Assembly: GCA_963828465.1 (NCBI GenBank)
Contig: CAWHEU010000002.1
Coordinates: 64,001 to 128,000, forward strand
DNA from: an uncultured Acidobacteriota bacterium
Lineage (GTDB): Bacteria; Actinomycetota; Acidimicrobiia; Spongiisociales; ZC4RG35
Direction: 5' to 3'
Length of the DNA stretch: 64,000 nucleotides
This document shows positions 11,681 to 21,594 of this stretch, one piece after another. The notes below the pieces were generated by a model that saw nothing but the letters and a program-made list of their open reading frames with translations, did not search any database and was not told where the DNA came from. Both the position numbers and the translations under genes were made by a program. Position 1 is the stretch's first letter. Every line of letters begins with the position of its first letter.

Positions 11681-12682
11681 ATGGGTGACGAGACCAGTGT
11701 CAGCGTCGGAGGTGAGGAGATAAGGATCTCCAGCCCGGGACGGATCATCTTCCCCAAGCAGGGGTGGACCAAACTCGACGTCGCCAACCACTTCGCCAAC
11801 GTCTCCGAGGGGGCCATCCGGGGCGTCTTTGGTCGGCCCACCATGTTGAAGCGGTTCATGGGGACCGTCGACGAGGACCCGATCTATCACAAGCGTGCCG
11901 CCAAGAACACGCCGTTCGAGACGGTGCAGATCAGGTTTCCCTCACAACGGCCGGGGATGATGAATGTCCCCCGAACCGCGGCCGATGTCGTTCGGCTGGC
12001 CCAACTCGGTTGTCTCGATTTTCACCCCTGGCCGGTCCGGGCGGAGGACATCGACCATCCCGACGAGCTCCGCTTCGACTTCGATCCAACACCGGGGTTC
12101 GACTTCGAGAAGGTGAAGGAGGCGGCGGCCGGGATGAAGACTCTTCTCGAGGAGGTGGGTTTGGTCGGCTGGCCCAAGACATCGGGTAGCCGCGGCATCC
12201 ATGTCTACGTCCGCATCGAGCCGCTGTGGGACTTCTTCCAGACTCGGCGGGCCGTCCTGGCGGCAGGCCGTGAGCTCGAGCGGCGGATGGATGGCCTGGT
12301 CACCACCAAGTGGTGGAAAGAAGAGCGGAACGGCGTCTTCATCGACTACAACCAGAACGCCAGGGACAAGTCCGTGTGCTCGGCCTACGGGGTCCGGCCG
12401 ACCGGATACGTCTCGACTCCGATCACCTGGGACGAGCTGGCTGACGTCGCCATCGAGGACTTTCCCCTGGGATCGTTTGCTGACAGGTATGGGGCGGTCG
12501 GCGACCTCACGTCGAGCATCGACGAGTCACCGGGGCGAATCGACACATTGATGGAATGGGTGGCCCGAGATCAGGAGAACGGTCTCGGCGATGCCCCGTG
12601 GCCGCCGCATTATCCAAAGATGCCTGACGAGCCACCCCGCGTCCAGCCCTCCAAACAGCGTCGCCCATCGGAGGACTACTGA
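11681..12682 (+). CDS. stand-alone LigD-type primase-polymerase (Prim-PolC/PolDom)
   Basis: HPDELRFDFDP, KTSGSRGIHVY, FIDYNQN, and C-terminal PWPPHYPKMPDEPPRVQPS typical of Prim-PolC. Confidence 0.88.
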   Translation: MGDETSVSVGGEEIRISSPGRIIFPKQGWTKLDVANHFANVSEGAIRGVFGRPTMLKRFMGTVDEDPIYHKRAAKNTPFETVQIRFPSQRPGMMNVPRTAADVVRLAQLGCLDFHPWPVRAEDIDHPDELRFDFDPTPGFDFEKVKEAAAGMKTLLEEVGLVGWPKTSGSRGIHVYVRIEPLWDFFQTRRAVLAAGRELERRMDGLVTTKWWKEERNGVFIDYNQNARDKSVCSAYGVRPTGYVSTPITWDELADVAIEDFPLGSFADRYGAVGDLTSSIDESPGRIDTLMEWVARDQENGLGDAPWPPHYPKMPDEPPRVQPSKQRRPSEDY

Positions 12683-12685
12683 CGA

Positions 12686-12777
12686 TTTCCTCCCCCGAAG
12701 GGGGAGGTGGCCCGGAGGGCCGGAGGGGGATCCCCCCTCCCCGCCTGCGGCGGTACTCCCCCCTGCGGGGGGAGAAA
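12686..12777. repeat. REP-like inverted doublet between convergent genes
   Basis: tttcctccccc-gaa-gggggaggtggcccggagggccggaggggg followed by an inverted related unit cccccctccccgcc-tgc-ggcggtactcccccc-tgc-ggggggagaaa. Confidence 0.8.
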
Positions 12778-13506
12778 CTACAGGGCGTCCCGTTTCCGTA
12801 AGGCCCAGGTGAGGACCACGAGTCCGATGATGAGCACGCCGGCCAGCTTGGCTATGCCACCCCACACTCCCGGGGTGACCGGAGACATCGCCTCGCGGGC
12901 GACTTCGCCGAATCCGGGCTCGAGCCCGGCGTAGATGGAGAGGGAGATCCTCCAGATCGAGATCTGGGCCAGGCCCTCCACGGCGAAGGCGAGGATCGTC
13001 TCTACGACGATGATGTAGCCGAGACCGACGAGCAGAGCGCGGGGGACCAGGTACCCGAGCGGGACGAATATGGCGGCATAGCCGAAGGCGGCCGCCACGA
13101 ACAATGCCAGCGAGGGAACCGCCGCCTGCAAATCGCCCCCGACTGCGAGGAGGGCCACGGCGGAGGCAATCCACCCCCCGACCCCGATTACGAGTGCCGC
13201 AGCCGTCCCGGCGGCGATCGATTGCGCCGCCATGTTGGTCCTGGCGATGGGGCGCATATAGATGTAGGGCAGCGTGCCGCTGTCGCGCTCGTCGCGCAGC
13301 GTTGCGGTGGTCAGGATGAGAGCCGCAATCGCGAAGGTGTATCCGACCGATGCCAGGACGTCGGTATAGAGCGTGGTGAGGTCGCTCTCGGGCGCATCGA
13401 AGGCGGAGAGCCAAAAAACGAGGCCAGGCACCGCGGCAAGCGCGAGGAGGCCGATGACTCGTCCCCGGCGCATGATGCGTCGGTAGAGATGGAGGGCGAG
13501 GGTCAT
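12778..13506 (-). CDS. ABC-2 type permease
   Basis: About 6 TM helices; DERDSGTLPYIYMRPIAR motif; in an operon with ATPases. Confidence 0.85.
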   Translation of the reverse strand: MTLALHLYRRIMRRGRVIGLLALAAVPGLVFWLSAFDAPESDLTTLYTDVLASVGYTFAIAALILTTATLRDERDSGTLPYIYMRPIARTNMAAQSIAAGTAAALVIGVGGWIASAVALLAVGGDLQAAVPSLALFVAAAFGYAAIFVPLGYLVPRALLVGLGYIIVVETILAFAVEGLAQISIWRISLSIYAGLEPGFGEVAREAMSPVTPGVWGGIAKLAGVLIIGLVVLTWALRKRDAL

Positions 13507-14423
13507 TAACGACCCTCGACCAGATAGCGAAACACCGATTCCAGCGACTCATCGACCGGCTCCACCTTGCTGATGGCGATCGAATGATCGATGGCGATGG
13601 CGGGCAGTCGTCGGGCGAGGTCGCCGGCGTCCCTTGTCTCGACGTGGACTGTCCCCCCGTCCACCTGGACCCCGAGGACGTCGGATCCGGCGATCAACGC
13701 CGCAGCCAGCTTGCGCGGGTCTGTGGTGTCGACGTAGATCCGGCGAGGTTTGTCGGTCATCGCGGCCCGGATCGTCGCCACGTCGCCAACTGCGGCGAGA
13801 CGGCCATCGACCATGGCGACAACACGGTCGGACACCCGCTCCACTTCGGTCAGTACATGCGACGACACCAGCAGCGTCTTTCCCTCGGCACCGAGCCGCT
13901 TGAAGAGGGCGATCAGCTGCGCCCGCTGCACCGGATCTGCCCCGTTGAGAGGCTCGTCGAGGAGGAGGATCTCCGGGTCTGAGACGAGGGCGGCCGCCAC
14001 CTTGGCACGCTGTCGCATCCCCTTGGAGAAACCGCCCAGCGCCCGCTCGGCGGCATCGGTGAGGCCGACCGTGTCGAGGACGGCCTCCGCCCGATCCACC
14101 GGATGATCGATTCTTGCCAAACGAGCCGCGAGCTCGACGAACTGCCGCCCGGTCAGCCGGTCGTACACCGACTCGTCTTCGGGGACGAGGGAGATCTTGC
14201 GGTAGATCTCGGTGTCCTGGCGGGGGTCGACTCCCAGGATCCTCACATCCCCCTGAGATGGCCTCAGCAGACCGGCCATGACGCGGAGGAGAGTGGTCTT
14301 GCCGGCGCCATTGGGACCGAGGAGACCGGTCACTCCGGGTCGAAAGCCGATGCTGAGCTCGCTCACTGCGACCTTGAGACCGAACCACTTGGACAGGTCG
14401 GTGACGACGATGGTGTCGGTCAC
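13506..14423 (-). CDS. ABC transporter ATP-binding protein
   Basis: GPNGAGKTT, FSKGMRQR, LLLDEP, VSSH. GTG at 14423 overlaps the upstream TGA. Confidence 0.92.
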   Translation of the reverse strand: MTDTIVVTDLSKWFGLKVAVSELSIGFRPGVTGLLGPNGAGKTTLLRVMAGLLRPSQGDVRILGVDPRQDTEIYRKISLVPEDESVYDRLTGRQFVELAARLARIDHPVDRAEAVLDTVGLTDAAERALGGFSKGMRQRAKVAAALVSDPEILLLDEPLNGADPVQRAQLIALFKRLGAEGKTLLVSSHVLTEVERVSDRVVAMVDGRLAAVGDVATIRAAMTDKPRRIYVDTTDPRKLAAALIAGSDVLGVQVDGGTVHVETRDAGDLARRLPAIAIDHSIAISKVEPVDESLESVFRYLVEGR

Positions 14424-15301
14424 GCCAGCCTCCGGTAACGAAAGCGGACGAACCAGGCGGCCAGAGCCACCAGCCCGACGATCACGACGACAGAGACCCA
14501 CACCTCGAACCCCGCCAACTCGGGGGCGTACTCGACGGTATCCCCGAAGAAGTAGTCCCTGATGATCCTCGGGTGGTGGTCGATCGCCAGCAATGAGAAG
14601 TACCTCGCACCGGGGAAGCCGGCCTCAGCCACCCTCCCGGCTACCGCGGCGCCGGCAAACAGGGTGCCGAGGAAGGCGGCCGCCGCGATGCCGGTCCGAT
14701 CGATCACCGCGGACAGAGCGAAGACCACCGCCCCATGGGTCAAGACGAAGGCGAGAGTCGTCACCGGGACCTGCCACAAGATGTCGAGGTTGTTGCCCAA
14801 GTAGGAGAGAAAGCCCTCCTCGGCGATCAAGGCAAGGCCGAGATGCAGAACCACCTGGGGGAGGATGTAGATCGCCGCGACCACGGTGACGAAGGCACCG
14901 ACCTTGGATGTGAGGTAGCCGTCCACTGTGAGCGGTCGGGAGAAGTACACCGAGAGAACGCCCTTGGTCCGGTCGGGGATGAGCAGCAGCGGCCCCGCCA
15001 GTGCGATGAAAAGGAGTGAGATGCCCGAGTAGAAGTCGAAGAGGCCGCCATACGTCGGGATCTCCTGACGCATGCTTTCTTCGATGTTGCCTATCGCCCA
15101 GTGGATGCCGACGAACACCGCGGCAGAGACGACGGCGATGACGATGAGCGTCCAGGGGAAGATCTTCACCCGCGCTTTTCGACCCAGACCGAGCACCCGG
15201 CGCACCCCATCCTTGTAGACCACCCTTCTCGCCCCTTTCGGGCCAAGACGGGGCCCGTCGTAGGAGCGATAACCGCGGTCGTAGATGACCTGGTCGGTCA
15301 C
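14420..15301 (-). CDS. ABC-2 type permease
   Basis: IYDRGYRSYDG N-terminus, DRTKGVLSVYFSRPL motif, multiple TM helices. Confidence 0.85.
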   Translation of the reverse strand: MTDQVIYDRGYRSYDGPRLGPKGARRVVYKDGVRRVLGLGRKARVKIFPWTLIVIAVVSAAVFVGIHWAIGNIEESMRQEIPTYGGLFDFYSGISLLFIALAGPLLLIPDRTKGVLSVYFSRPLTVDGYLTSKVGAFVTVVAAIYILPQVVLHLGLALIAEEGFLSYLGNNLDILWQVPVTTLAFVLTHGAVVFALSAVIDRTGIAAAAFLGTLFAGAAVAGRVAEAGFPGARYFSLLAIDHHPRIIRDYFFGDTVEYAPELAGFEVWVSVVVIVGLVALAAWFVRFRYRRLA

Positions 15302-16203
15302 TAGACGGTCTCCTGGTTCAGGAACAGGTCCTCGAGCGAGGCGGAGCCGCGGATCATCCGCACCAACCCGGAGCCAGTGCTAGCGGCCGCGGCGACCACC
15401 ATCGGCTCGATGGTCTCGTCACCAGGACCGACGACCAGGCGGAGGCCATCGACCACTACGTCGAACCCCTGCCCCCTGATCGCAGCCGCCATCGCGTCTG
15501 GGTGCTCGAGTACCTCGATCAGGACCGTGCCCAGCTTGTCGAAGCTCTGGAGGGGACCGGACCGGAGAAGATTCCCTGCATCGAGCATGACCACCCAATC
15601 ACAGGTCTGCTCGATATCGGTCAGGACGTGCGACGACACGATGACGTTGACGTCGAAATCGGAAAGCCTCTTGATCAGGTCCAGCATCTGGGTGCGCCCT
15701 TCGGGATCGAGTCCCGAGGCGGGCTCGTCGAGGAGAAGGAGATCGGGATCATGAACGATGGCCTGGGCCAGCTTGACCCTTTGCTGCATGCCTGTGGAGA
15801 AATCGCCGAGGAAGCGGAAGCGCTCCTCCGCGAGACCGACCAGAAACAGAGTCTCGGACGATCTCCGCTTGGCCTCGTGTGGAGGGATGCCGGCAAGCTG
15901 GGCGGCGTACGAGACGAAATCCGCCGCGGTCTGGTCTTTGGGCAGGCATTCCCCCTCGGGCATGTAGCCGATCCTGGATCGCACCACCAGCGGCTCGCGC
16001 TGCGGGTCGTGACCCAGGACCTGCATCGATCCCGAAGTGGGGTGGAGGAGGCCGAGCATGAGCCGGAGCATCGTGGTCTTGCCCGCACCGTTCGCTCCCA
16101 CCAGCCCGGTCACGCCCGACGGCACCTCGAGGGTCAGGCCGCTCAGGGCAACGACCTCGCCGTAGTCGTGGGTGAGGTCGTCGATTTCGAGAATTGCGCT
16201 CAT
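15301..16203 (-). CDS. ABC transporter ATP-binding protein
   Basis: GANGAGKTT, FSTGMQQR, LLLDEP, VSSH. Confidence 0.92.
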   Translation of the reverse strand: MSAILEIDDLTHDYGEVVALSGLTLEVPSGVTGLVGANGAGKTTMLRLMLGLLHPTSGSMQVLGHDPQREPLVVRSRIGYMPEGECLPKDQTAADFVSYAAQLAGIPPHEAKRRSSETLFLVGLAEERFRFLGDFSTGMQQRVKLAQAIVHDPDLLLLDEPASGLDPEGRTQMLDLIKRLSDFDVNVIVSSHVLTDIEQTCDWVVMLDAGNLLRSGPLQSFDKLGTVLIEVLEHPDAMAAAIRGQGFDVVVDGLRLVVGPGDETIEPMVVAAAASTGSGLVRMIRGSASLEDLFLNQETV

Positions 16204-16312
16204 GTTTCCTCCCTTAGGGCGGGAGGGGGGACGACTGGCACGACGTCATTGGACCCTGGGCCGCATCGCCTATCAATCAGGGACAACCCTGAGATTCCCC
16301 CCAGCAGGCCCT

Positions 16313-17332
16313 TCACTGCACCACCTGGCGGAACCCGGGGCCTTCGGGGCGCTCCAGTTGCTCCATGGTGCATTGGAGCGGGTCCTTGTCGGGGCGCCAG
16401 CGATGAAAGCGGGTGGCGTGCCTGAAGCGCTCACCTTCCAGTTGGTCGTAGCTGACCTCGACCACCACTCCAGCCTCCACCGGGGTCCAATCGAGGGTCT
16501 TTCCTGCCGACCAGCGGCTCTGCGCGCCGGGGGCCCTCGCCTCCTCTCCAAAGCTGCCATCGACAACGAGCTCCTTGAACCGATTGAAGATCTCCACCCT
16601 GTCGACGTCCCCAAACCCCGAGCAGTGACCGATGAAATGCAGCTCACCCCGCTCGTCGTAGAGACCGAGGAGGAGAGATCCGATCTTCCCCCCGTCCTTA
16701 TGCTCACGGAAGCCGCCCACGACGCAATCAATGGTTCTGCGGTGCTTGATCTTGATCATCGCCCTCTTCCCGTGCTGATAGGCGAGATCGGGGACTTTGG
16801 CCACGATGCCATCGCAGCCGGCGGACTCGAACTCGTCGAACCAGCCCCGGGCCACATCCTCGGAGTCGGTTTGGGGGGTGAGGTGCCAAGGGTCGGAGAG
16901 CTTTCCGGCGAGCTCTACGAGTCGATTTCTCCGCTCGCTGAAGGGACGCTCCCGGAGGTCCTTGCCCCGGTCGGCGAGGAGATCGAAAGCGATCAGCTCG
17001 GCTGGAGTCTGTTCCGAGAGCATCGTGATCCGGGACACGGCGGGGTGAATTCTCTGCTGGAGCGTGTCGAAGTCGGTCTCCCCGTCGACCACCACCACGA
17101 TCTCGCCGTCGACGACGGTGCCGGCGGGCAACTGATCGAGGGCAGGAGTCAACTCGGGGAAATAGCGGAGGAGCGGTCGCTGGTTCCGGGAGTCGATCCG
17201 GTTCTCCGGCTTCGACCACGAGATCGAGCGAAAGCCGTCCCATTTCGGCTCATAGAGGTAATTCCCCTTGGGCCACTGCTCCGAAGTCTTGGCCTCCATC
17301 GTCGCGATCGGTGGCTCGAATGGATGACTCAC
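16313..17332 (-). CDS. ligC: ATP-dependent DNA ligase, LigC type
   Basis: YEPKWDGFR (KxDG), DGEIV, FDLL, DGIVAK, MIKIKH, GSLLLGLYD, RFRH...WRPDK. About 340 aa with no accessory domains. TACACT lies 8 nt before GTG 17332. Confidence 0.88.
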   Translation of the reverse strand: MSHPFEPPIATMEAKTSEQWPKGNYLYEPKWDGFRSISWSKPENRIDSRNQRPLLRYFPELTPALDQLPAGTVVDGEIVVVVDGETDFDTLQQRIHPAVSRITMLSEQTPAELIAFDLLADRGKDLRERPFSERRNRLVELAGKLSDPWHLTPQTDSEDVARGWFDEFESAGCDGIVAKVPDLAYQHGKRAMIKIKHRRTIDCVVGGFREHKDGGKIGSLLLGLYDERGELHFIGHCSGFGDVDRVEIFNRFKELVVDGSFGEEARAPGAQSRWSAGKTLDWTPVEAGVVVEVSYDQLEGERFRHATRFHRWRPDKDPLQCTMEQLERPEGPGFRQVVQ

Positions 17333-17370
17333 GGGGGGCGAGTGTAAGCAGCGATAGCCTGCACCCCGAG

Positions 17371-18372
17371 ATGGAGACATACATCGAACGACTCCCATCG
17401 TGGGCACAGGGGCCCGCCGAAATCCTGGCCGCGGCGGCGGAGGGATATGGCGTCCACCGCGCATCGCGCATGGCGGCAGCCATCTCTTACCGGACGGTCT
17501 TCGCCTTGGCTCCGCTCTTGATCATCGCCGTCGCTGTCCTGGGAAGCTTCCTCGGCAGCCAGGAGGAGGCCCAACAGGAGATCATCGACGGAATCGAGGC
17601 GGTGGTGGGGCCGGAGGTAGCCGCAATTGTCGACGACATCCTGACCTCGGCTCTGGGCTCCACGGGGACCGCCTATCTGATTGGCGGAATCCTTCTCATC
17701 TGGACCGCCTCCAGCCTCTTTCTGGAGATGCAACGCGATCTCAACGACATATTCGAGGTGCCCCAAGAGGAGGTGGCCGGGATCGTGGCCATGGTCCGGC
17801 GCCGTGGCATCGGGTTCCTATGGGTGCTCGGGCTGGGATTTCTCCTGGTTGCGACCTGGCTGATCAACGCCATATGGGGATTCGTGAGCAACCTGTTGCC
17901 GGCATCATTGGAAGTGGTCGACGACCTGGTCAGCGTCATAACCCCATTCGCCTCGCTGATCCTGCTCCCGCTGGTCTTCGCCTTGATCTTCAAGACAATG
18001 ACGGTCGCAGCGATCCCGTGGCGCCCGGCGTGGGTGGGGGGTGCCTTCACCGCGGTCGTCTTCCTTGTCGCGGCCTACGGCGTGGGGATCTATTTCGAGA
18101 TCGCCGGCGCGACGACCGCTCTTGGCTTCGCCGGCTCGTTCGTCGTGATCCTGTTCCTTGCCTACTTCCTGTCGATGGTTTTCCTCTTCGGGGCGGAGGT
18201 GACCAAGGCCTATTCCGATCGGCTCGCCGCCAGGGAAGCGCCAGCAGTCAGCCGACCTCTCTACACCGACCCTCAGGTGGTGGTGGCGGAGCCACCGGCC
18301 GGCATCCCCCAAGCAGCCTTCCTGGCGTTTGTGGCGGGGCTGATCGCCGGGTGGCGCCGCAGTCGTCGTTGA
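17371..18372 (+). CDS. YihY/virulence factor BrkB family membrane protein
   Basis: AAAISYRTVFALAPLL, LNDIFEV, GSFVVILFLAYFLSMVFLFGAE. Confidence 0.88.
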   Translation: METYIERLPSWAQGPAEILAAAAEGYGVHRASRMAAAISYRTVFALAPLLIIAVAVLGSFLGSQEEAQQEIIDGIEAVVGPEVAAIVDDILTSALGSTGTAYLIGGILLIWTASSLFLEMQRDLNDIFEVPQEEVAGIVAMVRRRGIGFLWVLGLGFLLVATWLINAIWGFVSNLLPASLEVVDDLVSVITPFASLILLPLVFALIFKTMTVAAIPWRPAWVGGAFTAVVFLVAAYGVGIYFEIAGATTALGFAGSFVVILFLAYFLSMVFLFGAEVTKAYSDRLAAREAPAVSRPLYTDPQVVVAEPPAGIPQAAFLAFVAGLIAGWRRSRR

Positions 18373-18413
18373 CCCCTGTGAATTGAAACCGGACTCCAAT
18401 AACCTCACGCTCA

Positions 18414-18980
18414 ATGTCAGTTGACATCGCCGGGTTCGTCACCGATCTCAAAGAGCACGCTACCGAGCACGGTTTCCATGTCCATGACGAGCGCCACTTC
18501 GTCGAGACCTACTCGTTGCGACAGTCATGGGAAGTCGATCTCCATCCTGAGGCGGGGTGCGGGGGGCCGATCGACCTCCATGTGGCTCTCGATGTCGACC
18601 CCAAGGTGATCCTGTCCCTCCGTGAAGCTCTCGACGAGATGGACGCCGACTTCGAAGAGCCGGAGAACGTCTATCACCTCGATCTCTTCTTCAATTGGGC
18701 CGTCCCGCCATTGCATAGCCCGCCGGATCTCCTCGTTCTTGCCACCGACCTCGCCGGTCTGGCCGGCGTCACGCTCCCTGTCGAGGTGTCCGCCATCGAT
18801 TCTTACGGGGCGGTGACCGACGCACCTGAGCGCAGGTTGACATTGACCGGTCGGGCGTCGGTCAGCCTCGTCGATGTGCTCATGGGCCGCGACCAGCTCT
18901 GCGATGTGCTCGATCGGTCACACGAGGTGAGCGAATATCTCCTCGACCGTGTCGGCGGTTGGATGGAACTGCCGAGCTAG
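18414..18980 (+). CDS. hypothetical protein
   Basis: 188 aa acidic ORF with strong GC3 bias; TAACCT 8 nt upstream of ATG; no family recognised. Confidence 0.75.
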   Translation: MSVDIAGFVTDLKEHATEHGFHVHDERHFVETYSLRQSWEVDLHPEAGCGGPIDLHVALDVDPKVILSLREALDEMDADFEEPENVYHLDLFFNWAVPPLHSPPDLLVLATDLAGLAGVTLPVEVSAIDSYGAVTDAPERRLTLTGRASVSLVDVLMGRDQLCDVLDRSHEVSEYLLDRVGGWMELPS

Positions 18981-18990
18981 AAGCCGGCTA

Positions 18991-19383
18991 TCAAAGCAGC
19001 GAGAGTGTCGCCCAGATGCCGAGGGCGGCGGTGATGACGGCGAGCACCCAGAAGGCGGCCAAGGTGGCCGGCCTCGGCGGTGGCCCCTCCTTGACTTCGA
19101 GTGCTCCGGGCGACCCGCCTGCCGCCGACGATGCCGGTGTCTCGGTGTCACGTTGTATCCCGAGGGCGAAGCTGCTCGGATCGTCGGGGACGAACGGAAT
19201 GGAGTCGTCCTCGGCTTCGATCACGAATTCGCCCGCACCGAGGTCGATCACCTCGTACTGGCCGGCCAGCCACTCGCCGATCGAGACCTCGCCCGACACG
19301 AGCGTGATCTTCTCGTCGTCCAGTCCCACCATGACCGGCACGTTGTCTTCCTTGAGCGTCGCCACGCCCGGGAATGTCGTCAT
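18991..19383 (-). CDS. hypothetical protein with C-terminal TM anchor
   Basis: 130 aa, good codon bias, C-terminal hydrophobic helix. Confidence 0.65.
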   Translation of the reverse strand: MTTFPGVATLKEDNVPVMVGLDDEKITLVSGEVSIGEWLAGQYEVIDLGAGEFVIEAEDDSIPFVPDDPSSFALGIQRDTETPASSAAGGSPGALEVKEGPPPRPATLAAFWVLAVITAALGIWATLSLL

Positions 19384-19441
19384 CTTCTTCGTCCCCCAGG
19401 AACCCTTGTCGAAGCTAGGTGCTTCACCCGGCTCCGCAATC

Positions 19442-20138
19442 CTAGAAGGGCAGCCCGAGTGCGTCGCACAGGAAGCCGGTGAATCGACCGGCCCTCGAGA
19501 ACATCGCCGCCAACTCCTCGTCGAAACCGGCGCTGGCGACCTGTTTCTGGGTCAGACTGGCCCCGGCGATGAAGGATTTCATTCGGAGGTCGTCGGCGTA
19601 GGGATGATTCGGATCGAGCCCGGGCGGGACTCTCTTCAGCATCTCGTCTTCATCCTGATCGAGAGACCATGTCTTGGTGAACTCCTCGCCCTTGGTCGCG
19701 GCCGTCCAGCCGGCGGTCTCGTCGTTGATCGCCTGGCGAAGAGTCGCGAGCGACCTCTGTCTCGGGATGCCAGAGCCCGACGCCTGCGAAGCAGGCGCCC
19801 GCCTCCAAATGGAGATAGAAGCCTGGCGCGTGGATGTCCTTGCCTGCCTCGTGTCGGAACTGGATGCCGACATTGGTCTTGTAAGGGGTCTTGTCGTTGG
19901 AGAATCGCGTGTCGCGATATGGCCTCATCAGAGACCCACCGGTGGTCCTCGCATCGGCCACGAAGTGGGGCGAGAGCTTCTGCAGCCGCCCACCGAAGTC
20001 GGTTATGAAGTCGAGGGCCGGGTCTCGGACCACCGTCTGATAACGATCCTTGTTGGCATCCCACCAGATCTTCTCGTTGTTTGCTTCCAGCTCGCGGAGG
20101 AAGGCGAACAGAGCGGGGGTGAAATGCTTGGAGGCCAA
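19442..20138 (-). CDS. DUF2461/TIGR02453 family protein (frameshift near 19750)
   Basis: FLRELEANNEKIWW, RPYRDTRFSNDKTPYK, GFYLHLE, then LKRVPPG...HPYADDLRMKSF in the next frame. Confidence 0.88.
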
Positions 20139-20210
20139 GACAGCTCCTTCGGTCGTTCCTCCGAAGATAAGTCCTCGACCCGACAGAATTGAAGGGGTTC
20201 GTCGAGAGAT

Positions 20211-21530
20211 CTATACGTGCTCTTCGGCGGCGAGCTCGCTCCACGGGGTGCGGAGGCCGTCACGAACGTTGACGATGAATGCCCGATAGTCCTTACGCAG
20301 CACCCAGACCGCCGCGATGAGGAAGACGACGCCGACCCCGATCCGGGCCTGGGCCGACTGCTGTTCCGACAGATGGCCTAGCTCCGCCAGGCCGGATTCA
20401 GCCAGTTGTGCGGCGAAAAGGCCCAGCATGACCCACGCCTCGGTCCTGCTCACTGTGCGGCTGGCCACGATCGCCACCGCGAAGACTGACTGCGCCGCAG
20501 TGACGAAGAGCTCGACCCGCTGCACGCCGTCGAGTGGCAGCCCGTGGAGGACACCGGCGAATATCGAGAAGACGATGGGCAGGGTGCCGACCAGTAGGGT
20601 CCACTGGTTCACCTTCGAGGAGATGAGGGCGCCCAGCCCGGTGCGGCTGGCCAGTCTCCAAGCAAAGAGCGTGGCCACCAACAATTCGGGTGCCTCGGAG
20701 GCGGTGGGGGCAATCCATTTGACGAGGAGAAACTCGCTGACCCCGAGCGCCTCGCCGAGCTCGATTATCGATTCGGCGAACGGCTCAGCACAGAGCAGGA
20801 TCACCCCGGCGGAAACGACGAACATGGCGTAGTTGATGATCCGACGCGTCCGCTTCGGAAGCGACCCGATGTACGCCGAAGGGCCCACCAGGTGGGGCTC
20901 GTGGGCAGGTGCCCCCGACAACCTCCGCAGGTAGAGGACGTAGATGGTGATGAGCACGACGGCGTCGAAGAGCGAGAGCTCATCCTTGAGGAAGAGGGTC
21001 AGACCGTAGACCGAGGCGATGGTCAGATAGGCGATGTCCACCGACTGGGACCGGGAGAGGTTGATCTCGGTCGCCGTGGTCCCCTCCGACTCTTCGGGAG
21101 GTTTTTGCGTTCGCCGGACTCGCCATGTGCCGATCAGGATCACCATCGGCCAACCCAGACCGATGAGGAGCTGATTGCCCCCGGTCATGTTGGCCAAGGC
21201 TAAAGGCCCGTATTGAGAGGATTGGCCGGTTTCGGCGAATTCCTGGCCTGCCTTGGCAGTGAACACGAAGTCGACGGCGTACTCGGGGAGGATGGCGATG
21301 AGGGCTAGGAGGGCCAGGGCTAGCCCGGCGGCGATGTCCATCTGAATCACCTCGGCGGCCCAGGAGAGAATGAAGGCGGCGCCGACGATCGCCATCCCGT
21401 ACAGGATCGCGGCCAGTATCGGTTCGGGATGGATGCCGGTTATACGGAGATATACCCCGGGTAGCGTCGCGGCCACGGCCAACGACATGAACAGGATCTG
21501 TTGTCGTGCGTCGGGCTTGGCAGTCTCCAT
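20211..21530 (-). CDS. cation:Ca2+ antiporter (Na_Ca_ex) family protein
   Basis: Two alpha-repeats (LIAILPEYAVD...ANMTGGN; PTASEAPE...LISSKVNQWTLL) and many TM helices. Confidence 0.85.
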   Translation of the reverse strand: METAKPDARQQILFMSLAVAATLPGVYLRITGIHPEPILAAILYGMAIVGAAFILSWAAEVIQMDIAAGLALALLALIAILPEYAVDFVFTAKAGQEFAETGQSSQYGPLALANMTGGNQLLIGLGWPMVILIGTWRVRRTQKPPEESEGTTATEINLSRSQSVDIAYLTIASVYGLTLFLKDELSLFDAVVLITIYVLYLRRLSGAPAHEPHLVGPSAYIGSLPKRTRRIINYAMFVVSAGVILLCAEPFAESIIELGEALGVSEFLLVKWIAPTASEAPELLVATLFAWRLASRTGLGALISSKVNQWTLLVGTLPIVFSIFAGVLHGLPLDGVQRVELFVTAAQSVFAVAIVASRTVSRTEAWVMLGLFAAQLAESGLAELGHLSEQQSAQARIGVGVVFLIAAVWVLRKDYRAFIVNVRDGLRTPWSELAAEEHV

Positions 21531-21594
21531 CGAGCGGCGAGATTCTAAGAGGGCCACCGGTTATTGCCGATTCCGGGTCGGTCAGACCCCCGGA

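Noticed and set aside
16172-17347. Long antisense ORFs (for example 16172..17347, 22994..24049, 31568..32539, 37884..39242)
   Set aside because: Shadow ORFs opposite well-supported genes, expected in high-GC DNA, with no recognisable motifs.
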